Assembly (NCBI RefSeq): GCF_000002075.1
Contig: NW_004797486.1
Span: 929,806-993,805, forward strand
Direction of reading: 5' to 3'
Length of the DNA stretch: 64,000 nt
Origin: Aplysia californica
Taxonomy: Eukaryota
Below the pieces are notes generated by a model. That model ran no database searches and was not told the DNA's origin. It was given only the letters and a program-made list of their open reading frames with translations. Below are positions 1 through 10,310 of the stretch, piece after piece; position 1 is the stretch's first letter; the number at the start of each line of letters is the position of its first letter. Both the position numbers and the translations under genes were made by a program.

Positions 1-187
1 ATTACAAAGAGGACGGTAAACTATTAGATTTAACTGAACGTTTGATACCCCCTTTGAAAAAGAAGTGAACTTTTGGAGCACATGGAATGTACACTCCAAG
101 TCCAAGGGGCAAAAACTAAGATCATCTAAAAAAAACTACACGCTCCGCTCACGTAAAGACAACGTGAGTCTCCAGACTTTATCAAGT

Positions 188-730
188 GGGATCTCGTGGT
201 CAAGAGGTTACGGTGTTCGCCTCTCATTCAATAGGTCCCGGGTTCGAATCCGGACACGACGGAAAATTTTCTTTAAGAAGATTTTCTCCGTTCACCTCCT
301 TTCCTGTTCTCTAACAACAATGTTTTGTCGTCTGCTTTCGTCTCCACTTTCTGCCCCCCCCACCCCCTCACCTCTTTTGCCCCCTCCTCTGGGGTCTTAA
401 CTCTTTCTGCAGCCTTTCTGTTGCTACTTCTTGGCTCATTTTTACTGCTGTCTTTCAAACCACACCCATGATCTTATGATAGGTAAGATCCAGCACCTAG
501 CCTTCTCGGACAAGGGCGAAAAATCTCGGAGATCTCGTGTGCAAGTTGTGCACGTTAAAGATCCCTTGGTGGTCCAAAATCGATAAGAGTAGACTTCGGC
601 CGCCACAAAAATTCAAAATTTCCTACCACTTTGAAATGTGTAAATGTGTCTCGTGCTCTCATATGACCTTATGCAGATTTGCAAGCTCCGTAAAACACTT
701 ACCAAAAAAAAAAAAAAGAAAGAAAAAAGA
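188..730 (+). mobile_element. tRNA-derived SINE (family S1: tRNA head, CT-rich segment, Meta/MESC-like core, Nimb-LINE-like tail, poly-A)
   Basis: A box (TGGTCAAGAGG), B box (GGTTCGAATCC), core with gcacgttaaagatccc, tail ctcatatgaccttatgcag...ccgtaaaacac then A-run; homologous to 750, 4100, 4661, 46706. Confidence 0.85.
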
Positions 731-749
731 TTAACGATTGAAAGCGAAA

Positions 750-1129
750 GGGTGCTCTCGTGGGCAAGAGGTTACGATGTTTGCCTCTCATTCAATAGGG
801 CCCGGGTTTGCGTCCGGAAAGCGACTGAAAATTTTCTCCTTTTACCCCATTTCCTGCTCTCTAATAAAATTCTGTCGTCTGCTTTCGTCTCCACTTTCTG
901 ACCCACACCCCCTCACCTCTTTTGCCCCCTCCTTTGGGCTCCTGGCTCCTTCTGCAGACTTTCTACGGCTACTCCTTAGCTCCTTCCTGCTGCTGTCTTT
1001 CAGCCACACCCCTGATCATACTTCTCGAGCAAGGCCGAAAAATCTCGAAGGTCCCGTGTGCAAGTTGCGCAAGTTAAAAATCTCTTGGCGGTCCAAATTA
1101 AAAAAGAGTAGGCTTCGGCCGCCACCTGG
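750..1129 (+). mobile_element. SINE family S1, second tandem copy (cut by gap)
   Basis: Same head/body as 188-730, more diverged B box; runs into N-gap. Confidence 0.8.
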
Positions 1130-1249
1130 NNNNNNNNNNNNNNNNNNNNNNNNNNNNNNNNNNNNNNNNNNNNNNNNNNNNNNNNNNNNNNNNNNNNNNN
1201 NNNNNNNNNNNNNNNNNNNNNNNNNNNNNAGAGAACGTTACAAATGTAT

Positions 1250-2725
1250 CTAGTTTGAGGCCTGTTCTCTTGATCATGGGAGGGTAGTGCGCCACTCTGG
1301 GAGATCTGTAGCTAGTTTCCAATCTTTTGCGGATCCTACAATGTTTTCACTCCTTGAAAAACAGGGCGGTTGATTTCTTCCAACCCATTTCTTCTTCTTC
1401 CCTGTGGTGAAGAATATCTGGGCTGGAGCTACTCCGCTGTCGGTGCCTGTCGCCAGGCTGCAGAAGATTGTGAGTCAGCTCTTTCAGCACACTGTTGTGC
1501 CGTCACTTGTATCTGCCATCAGCAAGGAATACCTTACAGGAACTGAGGACATGTTCCATTGTCTCTCATAGCACAATAGGCAGCGGGGATCTTCTTCATT
1601 TCCCACTTCACGAGATAAGCTTTCGATGGCAGCATATATGGCTCTGATGATGAAGCTTAGTTTCGGGGGTGCCATGTGCCACTCGTCGTTCCAGGTAAGG
1701 GATCTTTGCAAAGCATGGGTCCATTTTGTTCACTGGCCCTGTTGCGATTGTTGGATCGCTTTCTGATATGTCTCTTCTTATCTTCAGTATTCTTCACATT
1801 TTGGACCACCATGTCTCGGTGTTCTTTACCGTGTGCCCTAGACCACCACAGCACCTTCTCGCTTCCAAGTCGTTGTCATCCATCACGGCATCCAAGACTT
1901 CTTTTTCTGACAGTTCTCAGTGTTGGTTGAATTGACAAACATCACTTGCAGTTTTGTCTTGCCTGTTTTGTATTCCTCCACTATTTACTTTTGTAGCAAT
2001 CTCAGCTTGGCCTGTCGGCGGTAGCCTACAGAGCAACATTTGAAAGCCCAGGAGTAACACCATGCCATTTCCTGGTGAATTTGTTCTTCATTGCCTCCAT
2101 TGCTTCCATTGAGCTCGTGGCAGTTTCGTACACTGAGAGGCCACACCAACAATGGGATTAGTATGTGATGGAGGCACCAGGCCTTATGCCTTCCTGGTAG
2201 AGGGCAACGGTCAATCTTCTTCTACCCATTGTCAGTACTGAGTGCTCTTGTCATATCACCTCCCCAGGCTTTTTACGGGCTTTTCAGATACGGTGGGGAT
2301 TCTTTTGCCATCTACATTGAAATAGGTGTGCTTGCTCACTTTTCTCTTTCTACGCGGGAAGCTTTTAGATTTCTTTGGCTTGAAGTTATTCGGAACCACC
2401 CCATTAAATCACCCAAATGTCGAAGTTCTCAATGGGTATCTTCTTCTTGGGAGGTTACAATTGTCGTGCCATCTATGAATGCCTTCTCCAAGTTCCGCTA
2501 GGGTTGCTTTAATTTCTGCAGGCTTGATAATCACTTGCATCGCCAGGACGAAGAGTACTGGCAAAACCATGCATATATTTTGCTGAATCGCATCTGGAAT
2601 CCGCAGTATGTGACACATCTCTTTCAGAACATGGTACATGGCGTGAGCCAACTGAGTCATTTGATGGGGCTCGTAACCATATTATGCAGCTGCCCCGGCC
2701 ATTATATTATATGCATACCCTAGCC
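1250..2725 (-). mobile_element. Degraded HERO/R2-group (restriction-like endonuclease) non-LTR retrotransposon fragment
   Basis: Minus-strand frames give KAFIDGTTIV (RT-like xFMDD region), RSLTWNDEWHMAPPKLSFIIRAIY...EDPRCLLC (CCHC region) and DWKLATDLPE..YPPMIKRTGLKLD (start of RLE), with frameshifts/stops. Confidence 0.7.
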
Positions 2726-3530
2726 CAGTGAGTGTTGGGTGTTGTATATGAACAAGCGGTGGATAGTCTCAATCCAGTGACGAAAACTTGTATCCTTTTG
2801 ACTGAGGCTGCATTAATTGTGGGTTTTAAAAAATTCCCGTCATTGTCTAGGGATAATAAAATCTATGTAAAATGCATAAGACTAATGCAACGAATCTATC
2901 TGTAATTTCAGTGGCATAACATGCCATGAGAACTGAAGTTGTGAGACTTGCTCGGTCTGGTAATCTTGAAAGATGTCCGATCGTTTCTCTTCTTTCTTTT
3001 TCTTTCTATTTTCAAGTGCGTGGGCTGTTACTACAAAACAGCAACAACCACAGGTCGAACTCGAGTGTTGTGGGAATGAAGTAGTTTTTCCCCCAAGCAA
3101 AACTCGGTGTGTTCGTTTTTGTAACACAGCAACACCAAGAATCGGAAACATTCAATCCTGCAGTATCAAGAACGGAATTACATAAAAGAAAATGGGGCTG
3201 TCACAGGCCCAGTTTGCCACAACTTCATTTAAATATTTGAGTATTGACGACAGTCATAATTACAACACTTTAACACTGTAGTTGTAACTTAAGTTTTTTA
3301 TTCTCCACCTTCAGAGATAGAGATAGTCCCCCTAAAAATGTCAATTCAACTTGCGTTTTTCAATATTTCTTCCTTTTTGTATGCCAATCAAAGCAAATTA
3401 CTCTTTAAAATTTCAACAATGAATGTTCTTTCGTTAAAAACAAGTGAAAAATAAAATTCAATTCAATTCATGCAATCAATCAATCAATCATTCATTTAAC
3501 TCTTTTTGAGAGAGCCAGTGATAACTTCCA

Positions 3531-3739
3531 TCATGCAGGGCACAGTCGAGGTCTGTGACAAACTGGCACTGGCATGCTTCCAAAGAAAAAGTCGTCGTTT
3601 GAAAGAGGCGGCATGTCCGTCGTCCTTGGGCAGTGTGCGGGTAAAGGTTCGTCGATCGAGAGTGCGCCCCAGAAACTAGGCTGTGCCTGATTTCCGTTGC
3701 GGCCGGCGGGCCGGGCAGTTTGCCGCACCTGCGGCTCAC
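3531..3739 (-). CDS. Putative exon 2 of a 74-aa small orphan protein
   Basis: GC-rich open frame in AT-rich flanks; acceptor tgtag at 3740-3741 gives phase 1, matching the micro-exon at 5436-5451; minus-strand AATAAA near 3297. No homolog recognised. Confidence 0.4.
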
Positions 3740-4099
3740 CTACAGTAACATTTTTGTTTATAAACATTTTGAAAACTACGTCGTATCGTCAAAATAATTT
3801 CAAATTCGGAACCAGAGTTTCAAATTAACCAAATGGCTCGAAAATGACTCTTTTTTTTGTGGCTTGATTTTGAAGTTACCTAAGATTACCAAGATTATAC
3901 ATAATTTTTTTTATTACAAAGAGGACGGTAAACTATTAGATTTAACTGAACGTTTGATACCCCCTTTGAAAAAAAAGTGAACTTTTGGAGCACATGGAAT
4001 GTACACTCCAAGTCCAAGGGGCAAAAACCAAGATCATCTAAAAAAAACTACACGCTCCGCTCACGTAAAGACAACGTGAGTCTCCAGACTTTATCAAGT

Positions 4100-4640
4100 G
4101 GGATCTCGTGGTCAAGAGGTTACGGTGTTCGCCTCTCATTCAATAGGTCCCGGGTTCGAATCCGGACACGACGGAAAATTTTCTTTAAGAAGATTTTCTC
4201 CGTTCACCTCCTTTCCTGTTCTCTAACAACAATGTTTTGTCGTCTGCTTTCGTCTCCACTTTCTGCCCCCCCCACCCCCTCACCTCTTTTGCCCCCTCCT
4301 CTGGGGTCTTAACTCTTTCTGCAGCCTTTCTGTTGCTACTTCTTGGCTCATTTTTACTGCTGTCTTTCAAACCACACCCATGATCTTATGATTGGTAAGA
4401 TCCAGCACCTAGCCTTCTCGGACAAGGGCGAAAAATCTCGGAGATCTCGTGTGCAAGTTGTGCACGTTAAAGATTCCTTGGTGGTCCAAAATCGATAAGA
4501 GTAGACTTCGGCCGCCACAAAAATTCAAAATTTCCTACCACTTTAAAATGTGTAAATGTGTCTCGTGCTCTCATATGACCTTATGCAGATTTGCAAGCTC
4601 CGTAAAACACTTACCAAAAAAAAAAAAAAGAAAGAAAAAA
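4100..4640 (+). mobile_element. SINE family S1 (duplicate of 188-730)
   Basis: Near-identical to 188-730. Confidence 0.85.
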
Positions 4641-4660
4641 GATTAACAATTGAAAGCGAA

Positions 4661-5121
4661 AGGGTGTTCTCGTGGGCAAGAGGTTACGATGTTTGCCTCT
4701 CATTCAATAGGTCCCGGGTTTGCGTCCGGAAAGCGACTGAAAATTTTCTCCTTTTACCCCATTTCCTGCTCTCTAATAAAATTCTGTCGTCTGCTCTCGT
4801 CTCCACTTTCTGACCCACACCCCCTCACCTCTTTTGCCCCCTCCTTTGGGCTCCTGGCTCCTTCTGCAGACTTTCTACGGCTACTCCTTAGCTCCTTCCT
4901 GCTGCTGTCTTTCAGCCACACCCCTGATCATACTTCTCGAGCAAGGCCGAAAAATCTCGAAGGTCCCGTGTGCAAGTTGCGCAAGTTAAAAATCTCTTGG
5001 CGGTCCAAATTAAAAAAGAGTAGGCTTCGGCCGCCACCTGGGCAAAATTCCAGATTTCCTACCAACTGAAAATGTTTTGTGTCCCGCGCGCTCATATGAC
5101 TATGACCTTATGCAATTGCGA
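4661..5121 (+). mobile_element. SINE family S1 (duplicate of 750 copy, extends into tail)
   Basis: Ends with gtcccgcgcgctcatatgac...tatgcaattgcg before the N-gap. Confidence 0.8.
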
Positions 5122-5435
5122 NNNNNNNNNNNNNNNNNNNNNNNNNNNNNNNNNNNNNNNNNNNNNNNNNNNNNNNNNNNNNNNNNNNNNNNNNNNNNNN
5201 NNNNNNNNNNNNNNNNNNNNNNNNNNNNNNNNNNNNNNNNNNNNNNNNNNNNNNNNNNNNAGTACGGGGACCATAACATTGGGCGATTGAGGAATACAAA
5301 TCTTGACTATGGTTTCTTGAATGTTTAACTCAATGCTCCCCTCCCCCCCCCCACCCCACCCCCTCAAAGTGTGAAGTTCTTAGCAAAACAGAAAGAACGA
5401 GGCAGTGAGCTTCTAAACGAAAAAAAAGTACTCAC

Positions 5436-5451
5436 CCTGCAATACGCCCAT
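5436..5451 (-). CDS. Putative first coding micro-exon (MGVLQ+G) of small minus-strand gene
   Basis: ATG GGC GTA TTG CAG G followed by consensus donor GTGAGT on the minus strand. Confidence 0.4.
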
Positions 5452-5661
5452 ATTCCTCGTGATCTTTGCTGAGCCTAACTCCGTGATCTATTGCCCCTCT
5501 AGTGTGTAGTGATTAGACTCAACCATATTTTGTCGGTGGTTGTTGTTGATTTGAGATGAAGACAACCCGACATCCGAAATTTTAATATTTGTGTTGCAGA
5601 AATCTCTTGCTTTACTGCTTAAGTTCTAGATTTTATCCAAGTTTTACTCTTCTCAAGGCTG
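5452..5661. promoter_or_regulatory. Putative bidirectional promoter / 5'UTR region
   Basis: Lies between two divergent ATG + strong donor micro-exons (5451 minus, 5662 plus). Inferred from gene geometry only. Confidence 0.35.
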
Positions 5662-5671
5662 ATGAAGCGAG
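5662..5671 (+). CDS. Putative first coding micro-exon (MKR+G) of the giant-exon gene
   Basis: ATG AAG CGA G|GTAAGA; phase 1 matches the acceptor at 18297 that opens the giant ORF frame. Confidence 0.5.
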
Positions 5672-5803
5672 GTAAGAAGTTTGAATTATGAATATCACTA
5701 ACGTGAACCTTGTAGTATGTAGTAGGGTTATAGGTCTAAATCGTTCTAATCTATTGACGACCAAAACCGTGTGGAGTTATGCATTGCAATATTGTATTGG
5801 GAT

Positions 5804-5947
5804 AGGACTTCCGTATCGAGCGACCATAATGAGACAGAGTACAACAGATGGGTAGGGGTAGGGTTTAGGTTTAAGTTTGGGTTAGGGTTAGGGTTAGGTC
5901 TCTTTTTTATTGTGTTTGTTGGAGTGATCGCTCGTTACGGAAGTCCT
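5804..5947. mobile_element. Small inverted-repeat element with internal (TTAGGG)-like repeats
   Basis: aggacttccgtatcgagcga / tcgctcgttacggaagtcct inverted repeat enclosing gggttagggttagggttagg. Confidence 0.55.
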
Positions 5948-7269
5948 TCCTTTGTATTGAACGTGGATTGTTCAAGAGAGCTCTTCTCGTAGATCCAAAA
6001 ACGTGTACTGCCTGCTGTTTGTCTTCTCTAACTTATTGTCCTCTGTCTTTCTATCTCAACACACCCTCCCCACCCCAAACAACAACAAAGTAGGTTATTG
6101 TGTTTCTCTGTAGCTCTGGGTATGTCTAGATCTAGGTCTAGAATCTAGGTCTAGAATCTAGGGTTTAGTTGGTTTAGCATTTGCGTTTGTTGCCATTTTT
6201 TTGGTCCCAAAGTTGCCACAAAAAAGAACAAAAAAACCCCCCAAAACCAAACCAAACAAAACCAAAAAAAAAAAAAATAAAAAAAAAAAAATTAAAATGG
6301 CAAAAGTTTCCATCAAAGTTGCCAATAATTTCCAAATTTTAAAGTCTCTGTGACGACGCGTACATAGCAATCTGTTGACAGAGGTAACTTAATCTAAACC
6401 AAAGCACCAGAATTTCTTGTACTTTGTTTTCAGCGTCCTGAATATCATTTGTAGCCACTCTGTGTAAAAATGTGAAAAATAAAGGTTTTATAACATAATG
6501 AAATCAGAATTAGAACAGCACATAAACAACCACAAAAATTAACGAATAAGGGCGTGTCCGAAGATTCGCCGTTTTAATCCTAAACGTGTGTAATCCAAGA
6601 AAAAAGTACAGTATTTTACAGGTAAATTGTGAAATCACACACAAGGGGCCTGCCAATGTCAGTATTCCGTTTTGGTGAAGACACGCTCTGACTCTAAAAT
6701 AACATAATAAGATTTAAATAAAGGCAGGAAAAACATCAAATTAGGGGGGGGGGGGGGGGGGGGGGCGCCCCAAAAGTGCCGATTCTGCTCTAAACTATAG
6801 ATTTTAAGTTTTGAGTGGTAGGCATTTTTAGCTTCTTCAGCCTCTCTTACAACCACTTCATCGCATAAGAACCCCCTAAAGCCGTATTTTTTCCCATACC
6901 GGGCATGTTTGTCACCACCATTTCCTCATAAAGTCAATCTTTTATTTTTCTGTATCCCCTGTTTTCTCGAAACGTGGTTTTACTAATATTATACTTTTTA
7001 AAAAAACCTCCATTTTTCACCCAATCTTCATGGAATTTTCACAGAATGAAGAAACGATGTAATACCCAAAAAAATTTGATGGATTTTTTATATATGGAAT
7101 ATTTTTTTGTTGGTGGTGTTTGGAGTGGATTTTCACGAGTTTTTTTTTGCAAACGTGAATAATAGACTAGTTCTGGATCTCCCTCAGAACCCCCCCCCCC
7201 CCCCAATTAAAAATGTTCTAGTACGTTCAGGAAAAATGAATCACACAGATTTGTAGATCTATTGTTTGC

Positions 7270-8010
7270 CAAGATGCATACAAAAATCAAACAAAAGAGA
7301 CCTGGTTAAAAGAAGAAAGACGTGAGAAAAAGGAAAATCATTCCAGTGCGAACTCAAAAGATCTGCACAGAAACATTAAAAAGGTGTGCCATACAAGAAC
7401 ACGTGGATCAACAGGATGCCTCAAATCAAAGGATGGGAATATCATCATGGATAAGGATAAGATACTGGAACTTTGGACGGAATTCGGTGACCTGTACTGT
7501 CTCCGTGGTTTTATGCACCCCGCATAATTTGATCATTTTTTGCATACTTTCTGATTATTTTTCTTTATCATTCTGTGTTAAAATTAACAGAATCGTGTAA
7601 TTCCACATTTTTGGGCTCAGTTTGCATAATTTCAGAATTTTTGGGTGCATAAAACCGCGGGGACAACCTGTACAATGACAATAGCGAGAGGAACAAAGGA
7701 GAAAGGAAAATAACTACGAGGGCCCAGCAATCATGAAGGAAGAAATTATCAAAGCACTAATGAAGATGAAGACTGGGAAAGCTGCAGGACCTGACAACAT
7801 TACCACAGAAATGGTTAAAGCTTTAGATGACTTTGGAATAACCACACTGACAAAACTTCTCAACTTATACATTGTATGACACTGGACATATGCTATCAGA
7901 CTTGCCAAAATCTATTTTCATAGCTTTACCAAAGAAACCTAATGCAAATGAATGTGAGACTCATCGTACCATCAGCCTCAAGGGCCACGTAACACGGGTG
8001 CTAAGCATGG
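7270..8010 (+). mobile_element. RTE-clade LINE relic (RT N-terminal part), interrupted by a MITE
   Basis: GPAIMKEEIIKALMKMKTGKAAGPDNITTEMVKAL...KSIFIALPKKPNANECETHRTISL. Confidence 0.8.
7497..7666. mobile_element. MITE family M1 (~170-180 bp, 6-bp TSD)
   Basis: TIR ctgtc(c/t)ccgtggttttatgcaccc / gggtgcataaaaccgcggggaca; TSD cctgta at 7491-7496 and 7667-7672. Confidence 0.85.
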
Positions 8011-8019
8011 ACAAGCAAT

Positions 8020-8141
8020 CTGTCCCCGTGGTTTTATGCACCCTGCATAATTTAGCAAAAATTTGATCATTTCTTTACATAATTTCTGATTATTTTCCTT
8101 TATCATTCTTTGTTAAAATTAACAGAATCGCGTAATTTCAC
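8020..8141. mobile_element. MITE family M1, truncated at the LINE 5' end
   Basis: Left TIR and internal sequence match 7497 copy; stops where LINE A begins. Confidence 0.8.
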
Positions 8142-8867
8142 TACCCCCAGTGGGTCGGGGGGATATATATATAGACCCACTGCTCCGCCAGCAGGAGGTG
8201 CAACCCCTTGACTGGTGAGTTGTCGCCCATGGACATCTACGCTCAGGTGCACATGGGCGACACTTGTTTTGGTGTATCGTCTGTCTTCTATCATCATCTT
8301 TCTTCCTTCTTGACGGGGGACGGGGCTTTCGTCCTTCCCCGAGCTGACCGGGGAATAAAATACAAATAGTTCCCCCCCCCCCCCCCCGGGCTGGTGGGAT
8401 GCCACTCGTACGTCACTAGCTCTTTGACGTAGGGGTGACATCTTTTGTCCGCTCTTGTTATGTCTTCTGTCCATCTATCTATCTCTCCGATCTGTTGACC
8501 GAAGGTCCGGTCCAGCAAAAAAATAGACCCCAAATCCCCGCAACCCGAGGCACCCTGTTGACCGTGGGGTGTGACCCGAACGACCGGAGAAGGGGACCCT
8601 GGTGGCTGAGGTGTGGCTTCCCACACCAACACTCCACTTTGGCCCTGGATTCGGTCTAGACGGGCGGGTGCAGCGGCCTACAGCACTCAATTGGTTGCGA
8701 CCGGTTTTTGGCCAATCTTGGTTAGAAGGCAAGATTTCTTGCCGTCTGATTTGGGAGTATACCTCCAGGGTAACCCTGACACCAGCTATAGACTTCCGAG
8801 CGGTGTCCCCTTGTTGGACTCGGTGGCGGGTGGGGAGCCCTGGAGATGAATAAAAAACAAAATATAC

Positions 8868-10310
8868 ATGGATTCAATCAAAAACATTTCTCCCACCCCA
8901 GTTCCCAACAAGTCCCAGACAGGAGGAGCAGGTGCAACTCCTGGCCTGGGCAAGAGAAAGAAGGGCCTTTCGGGCGAAGATGCTCAGCATCTGGGACTTA
9001 CCAAAAAGAACATCATTGGGGTGGTCACCATTTCTGGTGATCTCCCCAAAAGATGAAAATCAAAACATTAATCTCACAACACTAAGCATTTTCAAGATAC
9101 ACAAGTCACTAAAAGATTTCGGTATACACAAACCAAAATACATTAAAAACCTAGGATCCACGGACCTCCTGATACAGGTCAGTTTCAGTATAGAATCAGG
9201 CAAACTGTTGGCCTGCACCTCGTTTGGTGGCATCCCTGTAAGTGTTCAGCCTCACAGACGTGTGAACGCATCCAAAGGTGTCATCAAAAGTCGAGAGCTC
9301 TGCGGCTGTACGGAAGAAGGGATTGTTCAGGAGGTCGATGGAATTGTCCATGCTCGTCGTATCAAAATACGGCGTGATGGCAAGGAAATTTGTACCAACA
9401 CGTGGATCCTTACCTTCAACACACCCACACCACCAACAAAATTAGACATCGCATACCCAGAACTCGAAGTAAGACCATATAATATACCGAAACCGATGCG
9501 CTGTTTCAACTGTCAATGCTTCAGACATACACAGCTGTGCTGTCATCGTGGTGCAGTGTGTCCTCGCTGCGGCAAGGAAGGACACTCTGGGGAGACCTGC
9601 TCTGTAGATCCCTGGTGTCCAAATTGTCGACAGGGGGGTCACACTGCATCTTCGACGGAGTGTCCGAAGTGGTGTCAGGAGAAAGCCATCCTCACACATA
9701 GGGCCCAGTACGGCGGAACGTTCACTCAAGCAAGAGCAACGCTGTACCCAAAAGGATCGACGCAAAAGAATACAGCAAAAACATATTCAGAAGTTCTGAA
9801 GACAGTCCCAGGGTCGGTACACCCAACCCGAAAGGTCCTTCAGACTGGAGATGGAGGAGGACAGGGAGTCCACTTCCTCCCCTCCTACCTCTCCCACCCT
9901 CCATCCGCCTTCTCCCCACACCCCCTCTTCATCACCACCCTCTCAGTCATCTTCTTCATCCTCACCCCCCTCATCATCCTCACCCTCATCATTCTCATCA
10001 TCACCCCCATCATCATCTTCACCCACAACATCCTCACCATCATCATCCTCACACAAATCACCACACCCTACACCCTCATTGCTTCAACCTCCATCCTATC
10101 ATCCTTCATTCAATAATGTCCATCCACCCACTCCCAGCACCCGCTCCCCCTCCTCTACCCGCATCCGGGACTCCGGTCCTCCTCCCCCTCCACACTCTCC
10201 TTAAAAAAAAAGCTGCAGTCCACCGTGACCGCAGCAAAACAAAACAAAGACAAAGGTCACCTACGACCCCCCCAAAAAATGTACCGAACCCGTGCCCTCA
10301 AAATAAATAA
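8868..10310 (+). pseudogene. LINE A ORF1 (nucleic-acid-binding, zinc knuckles), frameshifted
   Basis: Pieces in ORFs 8868-9056, 8932-10116, 9851-10204 and 10116-10310; homologous to LINE B ORF1 (SKGV(I/V)(K/R)S.EL.GC..E.IV). Confidence 0.8.

Larger units (their letters stand above)
1..1129. repeat. Near-identical duplicate of 3913-5039 (segmental/tandem duplication or uncollapsed haplotype)
   Basis: Sequence from position 1 (attacaaagaggacgg...) recurs at 3913 with only scattered substitutions/indels until the N-gap; ORF track shows identical spurious ORFs in both copies. Confidence 0.9.

Noticed and set aside
188-262. tRNA gene (also 4100, 46706, 18044, 36293)
   Set aside because: A/B boxes present but acceptor and anticodon stems do not pair; each continues into a repeated body and tail, so these are SINE heads.
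65-1253. Short ORFs repeated at 3977-5069 and 46733-47014
   Set aside because: Translations of SINE sequence with no coding signature.
3530-3745. Structured ncRNA (RNase P/MRP, 7SK, telomerase RNA)
   Set aside because: No diagnostic motifs or telomere template found; a coding exon explains the GC content better.
8143-8262. HDV-like or twister ribozyme at LINE 5' ends
   Set aside because: Could not assign P1/P1.1/P3 or twister conserved nucleotides; reported instead as an unclassified hairpin module.
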